From a marine bacterium AO1-C (GTDB lineage: Bacteria > Bacteroidota > Bacteroidia > Cytophagales > Microscillaceae): a stretch of DNA of 64,000 nucleotides. Location of the stretch: the NCBI GenBank assembly GCA_001890965.1, contig MLAY01000008.1, positions 360,341 through 424,340 of the forward strand, given 5' to 3'. The notes beneath the pieces are model-generated. The model made no database searches and was not told where the DNA came from. It saw nothing but the letters and a program-made list of their open reading frames with translations. This document shows positions 17,930 to 28,992 of the stretch, one piece after another. Numbering within the stretch: the first letter of the stretch is position 1; each line of letters begins with the position of its first letter. A program made the position numbers and the translations under genes.

Positions 17930-18994
17930 TTATATTTTGCGTTTTCTGGCGCGTTTTACCAACCATTGCCTTAGAAGCAATATCACAGAAGTCAATAAAG
18001 CTACCATCAAAAAAGCAATATGCCAGTATTGAATCAGTGATGGAGTGTCAACAGATTCAGGCACATCATTAGACACTGCTTGCCCTTCTAACTCTACTCG
18101 CTTTAAATATTTCATAGCTTTGAAAAAACCAGGCGCTTGCTCTATTTTTTCCAAAGCTTTTACTGATGGATTCATTGAAATGTATTTGGGTGATGGCTTT
18201 TGTATAGGAGTAATCTTTTGATAATAATCAGCTTGATCCCATATGCTTTCATAATTAATTATTTTTATGGACAAATCAGGTGCTTTATCTATAATCCAAA
18301 CCGTAAACCACCGATACCAATCATATTTTAATTCCTTATTTTTTTTATCCGCTTTCTCAGGAAATTCTGTACGTACATTGAGGTAATAGACATTACCACG
18401 TTTCTTAAGGTTTACCTCATATGTTTTCTGCTCCCAGCTTTTGGTGTAAGGAAAGGTTTTTAGGATACCCTTTTTTAGATCAAGGTAATGTTCTAGTTTT
18501 TCATCATAGATGTAAAGCTTCCCTTTACGCTTTAGTTTAAATACTTGATGAAAACCCACCTTTTCGTCATATTCTTTCAATTCTTTTTTTATCTGTGCTT
18601 CCTCTGCTGATAAATCTGACTTTTTTATGAGCGCATCTAATTGATTTTTTAAGGTATCATTGTAGTACCATAAAAAATCACCCACTATTTGAAAGTATTC
18701 TGGATGAGGATGTTTTTGAATCATTTCTTTGGTAAAAACTTTGTAAGACGTTTTCACCATTTGGTGGGGAGTCAATCGCTTGACCTCAGTATATCGTTCT
18801 CCTATTAGGTAGGCTTTTTCATCACCTGCTTTTTGGTAAACACCTTCCCAGTTCTTAGGAATCAAGGTGATATTTGGGTACTGAGCAGACGGCAATGGTT
18901 TTTTGGTAAAGACACAACTCTGCAAAAGCAAAATTATCCCAAGTAGGTACCCAAGGTGTCTAATATCAATATTTAAATATGTCTGTGGTTTCAA
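17930..18994 (-). CDS. hypothetical lipoprotein with C-terminal TM
   Basis: LLLQSCVF lipobox-like; K/E/Y-rich; C-terminal helix IAFLMVALLTSVILLL + basic tail. Confidence 0.45.
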   Translation of the reverse strand: MKPQTYLNIDIRHLGYLLGIILLLQSCVFTKKPLPSAQYPNITLIPKNWEGVYQKAGDEKAYLIGERYTEVKRLTPHQMVKTSYKVFTKEMIQKHPHPEYFQIVGDFLWYYNDTLKNQLDALIKKSDLSAEEAQIKKELKEYDEKVGFHQVFKLKRKGKLYIYDEKLEHYLDLKKGILKTFPYTKSWEQKTYEVNLKKRGNVYYLNVRTEFPEKADKKNKELKYDWYRWFTVWIIDKAPDLSIKIINYESIWDQADYYQKITPIQKPSPKYISMNPSVKALEKIEQAPGFFKAMKYLKRVELEGQAVSNDVPESVDTPSLIQYWHIAFLMVALLTSVILLLRQWLVKRARKRKI

Positions 18995-19123
18995 TCGTTA
19001 TTTCCGTTACGTAAAACTGGATCGCATGTTTGTCTTAAAAAAACGGAGAAATAACTTTGCCAAAAAATAGCAATAAGAAAAAATGGCAGGAAGATAGGTC
19101 AGCAAACTAATAAGATCGTGCTT

Positions 19124-19543
19124 TTAATGACCTATAGGATTACTTTGTAGCCAATCCAAGGCTCTAGTTTCATCATCAAAGTATTTGGTAATGCTATAGA
19201 AGGTCGTGTTTTTGAGCCGTTGCGAAACAGTTTGGCTGGCAAGTCTTACAAAAAGAGATTTGGAGGGCAAAATAGCCATGTATACATTTTCATTAACCAA
19301 TTGCTCCAAAGCTGGAAACCATCTGATAGACAACCAAGCCTGAGCTTCTGACCCAACAAATTCCAAAGCTCTTTGATCAATCAAAAAGCGAACAACCTGA
19401 TGTTGTTCTACTATTTCCAGACATTTGGATAAAGCAATTTTATATGCTTCTAATTCTACTCGATCACGCCAATCGAGCCGTAAATAGCCATCTGCTTTGT
19501 TCCAATAAAGGTCTACCTGGGGATGTTCAAATAGTTTTTCCAT
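19124..19543 (-). CDS. hypothetical protein
   Basis: Likely start at MEKLFEHPQV; no confident domain call. Confidence 0.4.
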   Translation of the reverse strand: MEKLFEHPQVDLYWNKADGYLRLDWRDRVELEAYKIALSKCLEIVEQHQVVRFLIDQRALEFVGSEAQAWLSIRWFPALEQLVNENVYMAILPSKSLFVRLASQTVSQRLKNTTFYSITKYFDDETRALDWLQSNPIGH

Positions 19544-19595
19544 AATAAAAAAATGACTTGACCCCAAGCGGAGTCAAGTCACTAAACTGATGTAC

Positions 19596-20441
19596 TTATT
19601 CAATAAAACCTCTAATCGTTTTCAAAATCTCGGTAGCGCCCTGCTCGTACAACATGGTCTGGTGATTGCCCGAAACCTCTTGATACTGGCAGTTTGGTAA
19701 TGTTTGTACCGTTTCCAATGCTAAATCTTTTGGTAATAATGGAGGAGCACCTTTTGCTCCATAGGCTCCCGTGGCATTGATCAGGATGCCAGGTTGCGAA
19801 ATATCTGGAAGGTACTCCGTCCAGGGCTCACCCAATGCACCATCTACTGCTGCCAGCATATGTTTTGCCTGTGAGCGGGGGGTTACGGTACCATCGTTAT
19901 GCATAAGTACATCTGCCTGATAGTAGCCCAACATTGTATCTGACCAAGCCTCTTCTAAAAAAGGCATTTGTTGTATCTTGTGCAGGTAATCTTCAAATGA
20001 CACAAATGATTGCTCCAAACGGCTCAAGGTAGGTTTAAGCAATTCGCGGGTATCGGGGTGTAACTGAGCAGCTGCATCTAGTAGCAACATTTTTTCTACC
20101 CTTTCGGGGTAATGTTTTGCCATATATAATGTAAGCAATGCTCCAAACGAATGCCCACCCAAAATTACTTGTTGATATTCCAAACCATCCAGTAGACCAA
20201 TGATATCCAAGGCATGATCGGCCATTGTATAACCTGTGTCAGGTTGGTCGCTTAATCCTCTTCCTCTTAAGTCTACGGTAATTATCCGGTATTTTTCAGC
20301 CAGTCCCACCTCAATCAGGCCATCAAAACAATGTGCATTGGCGGTGAGTCCGTGCATGAGCACTATAGCTGGGCCAGTATTGCCATACTCAAGATAATGT
20401 AATTGAATACCGTTGGTGGTAATAAATTTACTTTGTGTCAT
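19596..20441 (-). CDS. alpha/beta-fold hydrolase
   Basis: VLMHGLTANAHCFD and nucleophile elbow GHSFGA. Confidence 0.7.
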   Translation of the reverse strand: MTQSKFITTNGIQLHYLEYGNTGPAIVLMHGLTANAHCFDGLIEVGLAEKYRIITVDLRGRGLSDQPDTGYTMADHALDIIGLLDGLEYQQVILGGHSFGALLTLYMAKHYPERVEKMLLLDAAAQLHPDTRELLKPTLSRLEQSFVSFEDYLHKIQQMPFLEEAWSDTMLGYYQADVLMHNDGTVTPRSQAKHMLAAVDGALGEPWTEYLPDISQPGILINATGAYGAKGAPPLLPKDLALETVQTLPNCQYQEVSGNHQTMLYEQGATEILKTIRGFIE

Positions 20442-20546
20442 GTACCTGGTAAGTTATTGTTGAGACTCCAGATAATACTGGAGATCTTAAAATTTGAATG
20501 GTTGCGCGATGAATTGCCCAACCATTCAACAAAGAAGCAAAAAGTA

Positions 20547-23051
20547 CTACTTAAAGGCTGGTAAATTAACTTTCAATTCTATGGAGAAGAGTCGTCCAAT
20601 AGATGGAGAAGCCACAAACTCACGAACCTCAGAGTCAAACAAGTTGGTCACCTGGCCTGAGATCGTAAACATTTTATTGATATGATACCCCAAGCTCAAA
20701 TCTATATTGACAAATCCACCCAAAGGCCCGTAATTCCAGGTACGTCCCACTCGGGCATTTTCTACTACTGGGTCACCTCCTACCGTAAGGTCATTGTTTG
20801 TTTTAGATGCTACATTAATTCCCGAGAAGAAATTGTAAGCGTGTACATAACGAGTAAAGATAGAACCAAAGAGTTTGCCTGAGCTATAATTCAACCCTAA
20901 GCTTAGTTTGTGTTCTGGAGTATTAATAGGCAAGTCAGTTGCTTCTACCACTCCATTTTTGTTACCATCATTTTTCAGGTCGTTTTCGTCCAACTGAAAA
21001 CCAAAGTAGGAGTAGTTTACAGCTACATTAAAAGCCTTATTGATATAATAATTGATGCCTGCGTCAAACCCAAAAGTGGTTACATTTCCAAAGTTTACAT
21101 AGGTCAATACAATGGGGGAACCTGCATCGGTAGCAATGCCTGGCTGTAACTGAGATAAAGGCTGGTCGCCACGTTGAGTCACCAATACTCCATTGGCAGG
21201 ATCAGCAATATTGATTGCAGGGCTTAAGAAATCTCTCGAGATATTATAATAAACATTTGCATCAAGGTATAATTTGTCAGTAAGTTTTCCTTTATACCCC
21301 AACTCGATGGTTTGAATGGTTTCTACCTTCAGTTTTTCTATTTTGGTGCCATTGCTCAAAGTAAAGCCTTGGCCGTTTCCTAATAATAGACCACCGAAAA
21401 TATCACCTTCCAGGTTTAAAATGGTGGGTGCGGCAATTCCTTGTCCGTAAGTCAAGCGCCAGGTTCCTTTTTTACCAATCTTCAACAAAGCCGCTTTGGG
21501 TACAAAGTTAAATCCATATAAGTCGTGGTTATCAGCTCGGGCGGCCAATACGGTTTTAAAGCCATTGCCTAAAGATTTTTCAAACTGGGCATATACCCCA
21601 ATTTGTCCTACATCGATGCCTTCTCCGTTATTATCTAATAAGTAAGTACCTAGACTATTGGCCATATCTAACTGATACTGAGCACCTACGATTACATTCA
21701 TCCCGCTTACGCCAAAATCATTATTGTACTGAATTTCTCCATTGATACGCTTAGAATCGTCACGGAATAAAGCACCACGATTGAGTGCCACACCTACTGT
21801 AGGACTCACGCCCGCCCAAGCTTCGGTCAATGAACGACGACGGGCTTCATCTTCGCTAAATCCAGCCAGGATAAACGATTGGTAGTTTTGAGTACGTTGG
21901 TTGATAGCATAAGTCTCATCGGTTTTACTCATAGTGTAATAGGCTTGAGCAAACAAGCGAGGAGAAGTATAACGCAAGTGGAAATATTGCACTGACCAAT
22001 CTTTGATTTGGTTGCGTCCTGCATTGGTTTGTGCCAGGTTGTTGCTATTGCTATAGCCATAAGAAAAGATAATGTCTGAGTTATCGGTTGGGCTATAATA
22101 CAAGGCCGCTTCACCTCTTAGTGCATCAAACTTACGATCCAGCAAATATTCGTCAAATGCAGTTCCTCCAATATATACTGAATCTACATAGTCGAACTCC
22201 TCACCTTGGGTATATTCTCCGCTTATTTTGAAAGCAAACTTATCATTGATTTTGGTAGCGTGACGCAAACGTCCTGAAAACACGCTTTGGTTACCAGCAC
22301 CTAGCGCAAAAGTGGTTCCCTGAGAAGTACGAGGGTCTTTAGTAATCGTATTTACCAAACCATTGTGGGCGTTTGGTCCATACAAGGCAGCCGAAGGCCC
22401 TAAGATTACCTCAATACGTTCAATGTCTTCTTTTACTACTGTACCCAACGGGCCAAAAGGCAAACCAGTGGCAATCAGAGTAGACAAACGTCCATCGTTC
22501 ATTTGTAGGTTTTTGGGGTTAAAAGCACTGTTAAAACCTCGTACGTTCACTCCTGTACCCAGTACCCCTGAGCGCACATAATCTACCCCTTTTTGGCGAG
22601 CAATCAACTCTCCTACATTAAAGGAAGGCAACTCCGCAATGTTTTTAGAATTAATAATAGAAATCGTAGCAGGTGCTTCGGTAATTTTCTCTGCACGACG
22701 CGAAGCAGATACCACCACACTTTCGAGGGTTACAGCGGTTTGTCCCATTTTAATGGTCAGGTTGCTTAGGTTGGTCTTTTCGTCTACCAACATATCTTTA
22801 GTGGCAAACCCAATCATTGAGAAAGTTAAAGTGAAAGGCTTTTTAAGCGTAACATTGAGTGCAAATGAGCCATTGGCATCAGTTACGGTTCCCTGAGTGG
22901 TGCCTTTTACATACACGCTTACCCCAGCCAAACCTTCTCCGGTTTCGTCATCGGTTACTTTACCATTGATGGCGGTTTGGGCTTGAGCAATAAACGCCCA
23001 GCTCATGAGGAGCATCAAAGTAAAAAATTTGATAGTGTAATTTCTGATCAT
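20547..23051 (-). CDS. TonB-dependent outer-membrane receptor with N-terminal carboxypeptidase-regulatory-like domain (SusC-like architecture)
   Basis: Signal peptide (start chosen at MIRNYTIKFF…; ORF track 23090); INGKVTDDETGEGLAGVSVYVKG…DANGSFAL; plug and barrel motifs. Confidence 0.75.
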   Translation of the reverse strand: MIRNYTIKFFTLMLLMSWAFIAQAQTAINGKVTDDETGEGLAGVSVYVKGTTQGTVTDANGSFALNVTLKKPFTLTFSMIGFATKDMLVDEKTNLSNLTIKMGQTAVTLESVVVSASRRAEKITEAPATISIINSKNIAELPSFNVGELIARQKGVDYVRSGVLGTGVNVRGFNSAFNPKNLQMNDGRLSTLIATGLPFGPLGTVVKEDIERIEVILGPSAALYGPNAHNGLVNTITKDPRTSQGTTFALGAGNQSVFSGRLRHATKINDKFAFKISGEYTQGEEFDYVDSVYIGGTAFDEYLLDRKFDALRGEAALYYSPTDNSDIIFSYGYSNSNNLAQTNAGRNQIKDWSVQYFHLRYTSPRLFAQAYYTMSKTDETYAINQRTQNYQSFILAGFSEDEARRRSLTEAWAGVSPTVGVALNRGALFRDDSKRINGEIQYNNDFGVSGMNVIVGAQYQLDMANSLGTYLLDNNGEGIDVGQIGVYAQFEKSLGNGFKTVLAARADNHDLYGFNFVPKAALLKIGKKGTWRLTYGQGIAAPTILNLEGDIFGGLLLGNGQGFTLSNGTKIEKLKVETIQTIELGYKGKLTDKLYLDANVYYNISRDFLSPAINIADPANGVLVTQRGDQPLSQLQPGIATDAGSPIVLTYVNFGNVTTFGFDAGINYYINKAFNVAVNYSYFGFQLDENDLKNDGNKNGVVEATDLPINTPEHKLSLGLNYSSGKLFGSIFTRYVHAYNFFSGINVASKTNNDLTVGGDPVVENARVGRTWNYGPLGGFVNIDLSLGYHINKMFTISGQVTNLFDSEVREFVASPSIGRLFSIELKVNLPAFK

Positions 23052-23118
23052 ATCTATACAAATTATTGGGTGATACATTTTATTAGTCAATAGCCTTGGA
23101 GCTATAAAATTTCTTGCA

Positions 23119-24681
23119 TTAATAATTGTCTACAACCTCTGCTTTGGTCTGTTTGATAGTTGCCGAATCTTGTCGGTTTTTTAATAGTGCCAGCAAAATA
23201 AAACTTACTACTACTGAGCTAAGAATAGCCAACGCAGAAGCTACCCCTGGATTGCGTACTGGTTCTTGCATATAAGGTGTAAGGCGTCCATAATATATTC
23301 CAAAATGGACAACTACCGCCGTAATCGAGGCCACCACTGGGGCAATCAAGGGAATGTTTCGTCCAAAAGTACCTAATAACACTGGAACAAATGCCGCTGA
23401 AAAATAAGCGTAAACGCCATTTTGGGCCAAGATACCCACGCTCAAATTAGGCGATACAATTTGTTGGTAAGAGATGATGGTAGATACTACCGCCAATACA
23501 ATAATTACAAGACGATTAAACCACACTTCTGAAATCAACCCTGTTGTGGATTTTTCTTCGCCCTTAAACAATTGCTTGCCCACCAATGGTTTTACAATAT
23601 CGGAGGTAATGGTAGTAGACAGGGCTTGAATCAAACCTTCGAGGGTAGATAATCCAGCCGAAATCAAGCCCATCACTACCAGCAAACCCACATATACTGG
23701 AAATTCCTGGATTACATAGGTAGACATAATAGTGTCCATAGGCATAGGCTTACCATTGAGGGTAAGATCGGGAAAACGCAAACGCGCGTACAAACCCGCA
23801 ATCACTACTAAAAAGAATAGCAACTCTACCACGATTCCTACCAAAAGGTATTTATTGACATCTTTGGCGTTTTTGAGCAATAGTGATTTGGTAATGATAT
23901 GGGGCTGGCATACAATGGCTACTCCCACAATGATTTGGCAAACGATGATTTCAAAGAAATCGCGGAATAATGGGCTTTTGGTGTTGGTAGTGCTTGCCAA
24001 AGCGGGATCAATGGCAGCTAGTTTGTCTAAAAAGCCTTTAATTCCATTGCTAAAGTGCTCATAACCAGAACCCAGTAATACTATAGCTACTACAATCATT
24101 ATACAAGCCTGAATAAGATTGGTATATACCATAGAATTGGCCCCACCAAACATCATATACCCAAATACAAAAGTGACAATGGCAATGAGTACATATAAGG
24201 AATCTACATTGAGGGCTTTGGATAAAATAGCGGTGAGCCCCACACAAATAAGGACAATAAAAGTGATGAGCAATAGCGATAGAAATGCAAAAAACAAGGC
24301 GTAGTTTTTATTTTGATAACGATTACCAATCCATTGAGCCATTGTAAGCGCTTTGACTGCGGTGCCTTGTTTGCGAAAACCTTTGGTAAGAAAATAAAGC
24401 GAAACCATGGCTGCTAGTGGCAACACAATGGCGAGAGAGATAAAACCACTCACTCCGTACAAAGCCACAAAACCCGGATTGATAATAAAGGTGGCGGCAC
24501 TTGTCATAGAAGCAGCCAATGACAACCCCACTGCTACTGGAGAAAAACTCACATTCCCTACGGCATAGTCTGACATGTTTTTGATCCGAAGGGCGCCTCT
24601 GATCACCAAAAACAAAATCACCACCATATAAATGCTTACTAAAATCCAGGTAGCCGTTACCAGCTCTTGTGATGCGTGCAT
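23119..24681 (-). CDS. sodium:solute symporter (SSS) family transporter
   Basis: ~13 TM; N-terminal region typical of SSS permeases. Confidence 0.7.
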   Translation of the reverse strand: MHASQELVTATWILVSIYMVVILFLVIRGALRIKNMSDYAVGNVSFSPVAVGLSLAASMTSAATFIINPGFVALYGVSGFISLAIVLPLAAMVSLYFLTKGFRKQGTAVKALTMAQWIGNRYQNKNYALFFAFLSLLLITFIVLICVGLTAILSKALNVDSLYVLIAIVTFVFGYMMFGGANSMVYTNLIQACIMIVVAIVLLGSGYEHFSNGIKGFLDKLAAIDPALASTTNTKSPLFRDFFEIIVCQIIVGVAIVCQPHIITKSLLLKNAKDVNKYLLVGIVVELLFFLVVIAGLYARLRFPDLTLNGKPMPMDTIMSTYVIQEFPVYVGLLVVMGLISAGLSTLEGLIQALSTTITSDIVKPLVGKQLFKGEEKSTTGLISEVWFNRLVIIVLAVVSTIISYQQIVSPNLSVGILAQNGVYAYFSAAFVPVLLGTFGRNIPLIAPVVASITAVVVHFGIYYGRLTPYMQEPVRNPGVASALAILSSVVVSFILLALLKNRQDSATIKQTKAEVVDNY

Positions 24682-25288
24682 GGTTTACTTAAATTTAAAA
24701 TGAATAAAATTACATAACACCAGGGCAATGCTTGCACTCTGCCTTGATCATTCGGTACATTTCAAAGGTAAGTAGGATTAAAATCAGAAAAGTTTGAATT
24801 TTAGTGAATGGATGGTTTTTCGAGGTAAAGGGATTTTGAGAAGAAGGGAAAGAAAGAACCTACCAATTAAGTTTGTTTATATTTCATCTCTTGTATAGTC
24901 TTAGCGAAGTGAAGTTATGTAATGTTCTCTTTGCTCTCCTTATTATTAACATTGAGAGAATATTGATTAACGAATCCTGATCAGTGATTTTAGAAGGAAG
25001 TTAATACTAGTGCTCTGTCAAGATTAAAATTTAGGGTCTTCAGGGTAAATAGTTTTATATTCCAGTGTTGTAAAAAACTTGCGTAGCTATCCTTGAACTA
25101 TTTTGCTATTTCCTTCAGACATGCTCTAATTACAGCCCTTGGCAAGCACCAGGAACAGAAGAACTAATCAATATCTCAAAATTTTACCCTTCATTATTCG
25201 AAGTTCGTTGATCGATACTAAGTATTCATTTTGTAAGATAAAAGGTTTGATAAGAAGCCCCTGGAACTATTAGAAAGTCAGATTCAAC

Positions 25289-26065
25289 TCAATCATTATC
25301 CGTTTCCACTTCCCAATCAAGCGATGGCAATGAATCTTCTGGGATTTCAGGATCTACTTCAAGTAAGGAATCAATGTTGACTGGTGGGAAACTTGTAGGC
25401 AAGGTGGGCAACTCATCTATGGCTATAAATAACGCAAAAGGCAATTCTTTTTTCAGATAAGCCACTTGCTCAACAGTTAAGTCGCAAAAGCTTTTTTGAT
25501 AATGTTTTTGGGCCAACTGGTTGTAGGCTAATAAGTACCCGTCTAATATTTGATAAATCATTTTGGAAAGGCCACCAGAAGAAAATGGGATAGACCAACG
25601 GAGAGAACTTCTTAATTGGTCATATTGGGTAGTTTTGGCAGATAAGGCTTTAAAAATATCCCAAGGGATAGAATCTCTCCCAATATACTCTAGGTTAAGC
25701 GCCAATATTTTACCTGGAGTTTCCCATACCTTTACCTTTGGCCCCATTGGAAAGCATCTGATAATTTTACAATCCTTTTCTATCCAGGCACTTACCGCAA
25801 ATTGAGGGCTTAACTGTATCCCAAAGTTTATAAGCGTATCACACAAGTCTGATTGTAAACTATCTTGTAGCGCTATACCAAATTTTACAGAGCTACTATC
25901 TCCCTGAGTCGATATTTTTGTCACCGAATCGGGGGCGGTAAATAACATATAAGCATTGGCACAATATCGTTTTCTTGCAGGCTTTTCTGTTTTATTGTTG
26001 GAAACACAAGCCGAAAAAACCAGGCTTGCCAATACGACTACCCAAATGACTTTGATCTTTCTCAT
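25289..26065 (-). CDS. hypothetical lipoprotein with acidic C-terminus
   Basis: VFSACVSNN lipobox; downstream of and same strand as the TIGR04222-like gene. Confidence 0.45.
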   Translation of the reverse strand: MRKIKVIWVVVLASLVFSACVSNNKTEKPARKRYCANAYMLFTAPDSVTKISTQGDSSSVKFGIALQDSLQSDLCDTLINFGIQLSPQFAVSAWIEKDCKIIRCFPMGPKVKVWETPGKILALNLEYIGRDSIPWDIFKALSAKTTQYDQLRSSLRWSIPFSSGGLSKMIYQILDGYLLAYNQLAQKHYQKSFCDLTVEQVAYLKKELPFALFIAIDELPTLPTSFPPVNIDSLLEVDPEIPEDSLPSLDWEVETDND

Positions 26066-26335
26066 ATCTTGAGAGCATGTTTAAAAATTATACTCTAGGC
26101 TAAAAAAGTACCTTTTCCGCGTGGTTGAAACCTATTTTTGCAGCAATAGCTTACCGTCACCTGAGCTGGCTCAACAGCCACTGGCTGTTGCCATCTTAAA
26201 AATAGTCCTCAGCCACACAAAAAACTCATCATTTTTATCTCTGAAGACAAAATTTAAACATACTCTAGAAATAGATCCAGAAAGTAGCCTAAATTTAAAC
26301 TCCTTTCTGGATTCATTATACTCTTTGTGCTGGTA

Positions 26336-27697
26336 TCATCCTCCACAGCCGCCACAACCACCACCGCAGCCACCTCCCCCACAGGAGCTACCACAGCTTG
26401 TACCACACGAAGAACCTCCACTGCTGTTTTTATCAATATAACCAGCCACTGGGGCAAAAGCCACATCGAGTGCATCATCGCCCAAAAGGAAATAATTCCA
26501 ATCCCAGCGCTTTTTCAGTTCTTTATTCTTTTTTACTGTTTTCCTGTACAGTTTAGGGATGGTGCTCGTCATCGCCAAACGAGTAAGTCTAACAAGGTAA
26601 GCAATACTGGCTACCAAAGTAATTACTGATAAAACAACGATATACATCACGGGCTTTTCACGACTTAGGCCAATAAAAATTCGAGTCGCTCCAATCATTG
26701 CCAACACCCAAAACACTATAAAATTAAGGTAAAAAACAGCGCCAAATTGAGTGGTCTTATTGATATGGCTCTTTAACTGTTTCATCGCATTGGTTGTATT
26801 CAAGAAAATGGGTTTCGCAGCCAATTGTTGCAATAAAGCTGGATAATGGGTAGAGCCCAGATCTTTCAAAGTAGCCACAATGGTTTCTTGCTCTTGAGTA
26901 CCATCGGTTTTCCGTCCCTTTAATTTCATTTTATAATCGCTATCAATCTGAATCGCTCTTTTTGAAACTAGCTGATCCACATAGCCATTGATCAGCTTGG
27001 ATGGGTTTTGAGTTTTCAGGTAAATAAGCTCTGATGGCTGTAGCTTATACAAGAATGATTGATTATCGGCTTTTCCAATAATTTTTTTCAACCGGGAATG
27101 ATTAAATAACTCTAGCAAGATAAAGGAAGCTACTGCCAGAAATAAAAAGCCTTCTAAAAACGTAGTACCCTGAATGGTTACATAGAAGGGCTCAAGTACC
27201 TCCATCAAAGGGAAAATTGCCAGCAAAAAAGCTACCCATCCCAAAAATACAAAGGTAGTAAGGCCTAGTTTGGATTTGCGCAAGTTTAGGCTATCCATCA
27301 TTTGGTCGTTTTTCCAAATGTTCTTGGGCTGTTCGCCAAAATTTTTGATATACAGGTGTTTGGTACGAGAAGCTGCTTCTTGAAATTTCCTAAAATCTTT
27401 TTTGTCGTGAGTAGAAGGGATGTGTTGGATGTTTTTGCCCAGAATCTTACAAAACTCATCATAAGATTGGGTAAAGATCAAGTGTTGATGCCAGACAATG
27501 TCTACAATCTTGGAAGGAGACACCATTCCGTTAGAAGTAGCCGCCAGGTACATAAACTTTTTGTACTCCAAAATGGCTTGATTAGTAAAACTTTTGGTCC
27601 AGTGATTTTCGTCAGCCAACCGGATGGTAAAGCTGTATTCGGCGGGTGGGTTGTCGAAATCGAATGCGACGATTTTGTCCCAGAGTAGTTTGTCCAT
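26336..27697 (-). CDS. TIGR04222/DUF1399-like membrane protein with Gly/Cys-rich C-terminal tail
   Basis: N-terminal soluble domain (…VDIVWHQHLIFTQSYDEFC…) that I recall as DUF1399/GRDP-like; 4-6 TM helices; terminal NSSGGSSCGTSCGSSCGGGGCGGGCGGCGG. Confidence 0.55.
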   Translation of the reverse strand: MDKLLWDKIVAFDFDNPPAEYSFTIRLADENHWTKSFTNQAILEYKKFMYLAATSNGMVSPSKIVDIVWHQHLIFTQSYDEFCKILGKNIQHIPSTHDKKDFRKFQEAASRTKHLYIKNFGEQPKNIWKNDQMMDSLNLRKSKLGLTTFVFLGWVAFLLAIFPLMEVLEPFYVTIQGTTFLEGFLFLAVASFILLELFNHSRLKKIIGKADNQSFLYKLQPSELIYLKTQNPSKLINGYVDQLVSKRAIQIDSDYKMKLKGRKTDGTQEQETIVATLKDLGSTHYPALLQQLAAKPIFLNTTNAMKQLKSHINKTTQFGAVFYLNFIVFWVLAMIGATRIFIGLSREKPVMYIVVLSVITLVASIAYLVRLTRLAMTSTIPKLYRKTVKKNKELKKRWDWNYFLLGDDALDVAFAPVAGYIDKNSSGGSSCGTSCGSSCGGGGCGGGCGGCGG

Positions 27698-28020
27698 ACT
27701 TATTTCGTTTTAGTGAATTGATCTTCGAATCCGCCAGATTCGATTATTTTCCATATGCCCCAATTTTATTGCAGTGGGCTTTTGCTATAAAATACGCAAA
27801 ACATTCACAAAGGTTTTAAAGATAAAACCTTTTAATATTTTATAAATACAACATATACCAAATAAAAACTGGATTCCTGTAGTAAAATAAGTGAATAAGT
27901 TTAATTACCAGAAATGCCACTGCACCACCAGAGATTGCCACAAAATATCGGATATCATCTTTGACTATTCTATAAATTGATACCGATATTTTTCGCAAAC
28001 GTACCCACTTAAGTTAAAAG

Positions 28021-28764
28021 CTAAATTATCCTTAATCGCTCGATTAAGTCTGATTTGTAGGTTTTACCGATGGGAATGTATTGCTCTTTGATTATCAGGT
28101 TATTATCCTCGATGGCATCTATGCTATCCAAGGCTACCATATACGAACGATGTACCCGCATAAACGAAGTAGATGGGAATTGTTTTTCGAGTTTCTTGAG
28201 GGTATGGCTCACCACATATTGCCCTTTAGTGGTTTTGATGACACAATAAATATCCTTGGCCTCGAGCCAGAGTACATCTTCTAAATGCACTTTTTCTAAG
28301 CGGTTTTTCGCTTTTACGAAAAAGTGATTGTTCATAAAAAAGCTTTCCTGATGCGCCTCGGCAGGCTTGGTAGTAGCTTCATTATTTTTGGCTGATTTAT
28401 ACAAAGCAATCTCAATGGCATTCCGAAGAGGCTCACTTTCTACCGGCTTGATCAAGTAAGCTTGTGGTTCCGTAATTTTGGCGCGTTCCAGAGTAGGTCG
28501 ATCCGAAAGTGCTGTTAAGAATATAAAGGGAATATCAAAGGTTTTTTTGAGTTGTTGGGCAGTGTCTATGCCATCTAAAGCCCCAGCCAGGTTGATATCC
28601 AACAAGATCAAATCCGGGATTTCCTGCTGCAATACTTCAAGCAAAGCTTCGCCGGAATCTAATACCTGGGTAACCTGATAATCCATCTTTTTGAGCATCA
28701 TTTGGAGGTTCTTGGCAATCACCAAATCATCTTCCACAATCAATATTTTATGCTTTTGCAACAT
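28021..28764 (-). CDS. LytTR-family response regulator
   Basis: Receiver (KILIVEDD…LLDINL…FIFLTA) + LytTR DNA-binding domain; start chosen at MLQKHK (ORF track 28794). Confidence 0.8.
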   Translation of the reverse strand: MLQKHKILIVEDDLVIAKNLQMMLKKMDYQVTQVLDSGEALLEVLQQEIPDLILLDINLAGALDGIDTAQQLKKTFDIPFIFLTALSDRPTLERAKITEPQAYLIKPVESEPLRNAIEIALYKSAKNNEATTKPAEAHQESFFMNNHFFVKAKNRLEKVHLEDVLWLEAKDIYCVIKTTKGQYVVSHTLKKLEKQFPSTSFMRVHRSYMVALDSIDAIEDNNLIIKEQYIPIGKTYKSDLIERLRII

Positions 28765-28992
28765 TCTACCCTCAACCGTTTTGAGTACAAACAAATACCT
28801 GTAAAATACAAAGATAGAGATAATTTATGGGAATGGTTCAATTGTTTGATGGCTCTTTGTTTGAGTTGTTCTATGGTTATATTCTTAAATTGTTTCGCAA
28901 TGCATCACAGCATACCTTGCACTGAGCGAAGCTTAAGAAACTAATAATCAACGAAGTAGAACAAATCACATGAGTATTGTATATTTGGAACA

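Noticed and set aside
20494-23090. Small + strand ORFs (20494, 20682, 20910, 22363, 22639) within the TonB-dependent receptor gene
   Set aside because: Antisense shadow ORFs.
26121-26441. ORF encoding a PQPPQPPPQPPPP proline-rich peptide
   Set aside because: It is the antisense reading of the Gly/Cys-rich tail (GGC/GGG/TGC codons) of the 26336-27697 gene; the minus-strand gene has a coherent domain architecture, this one does not.
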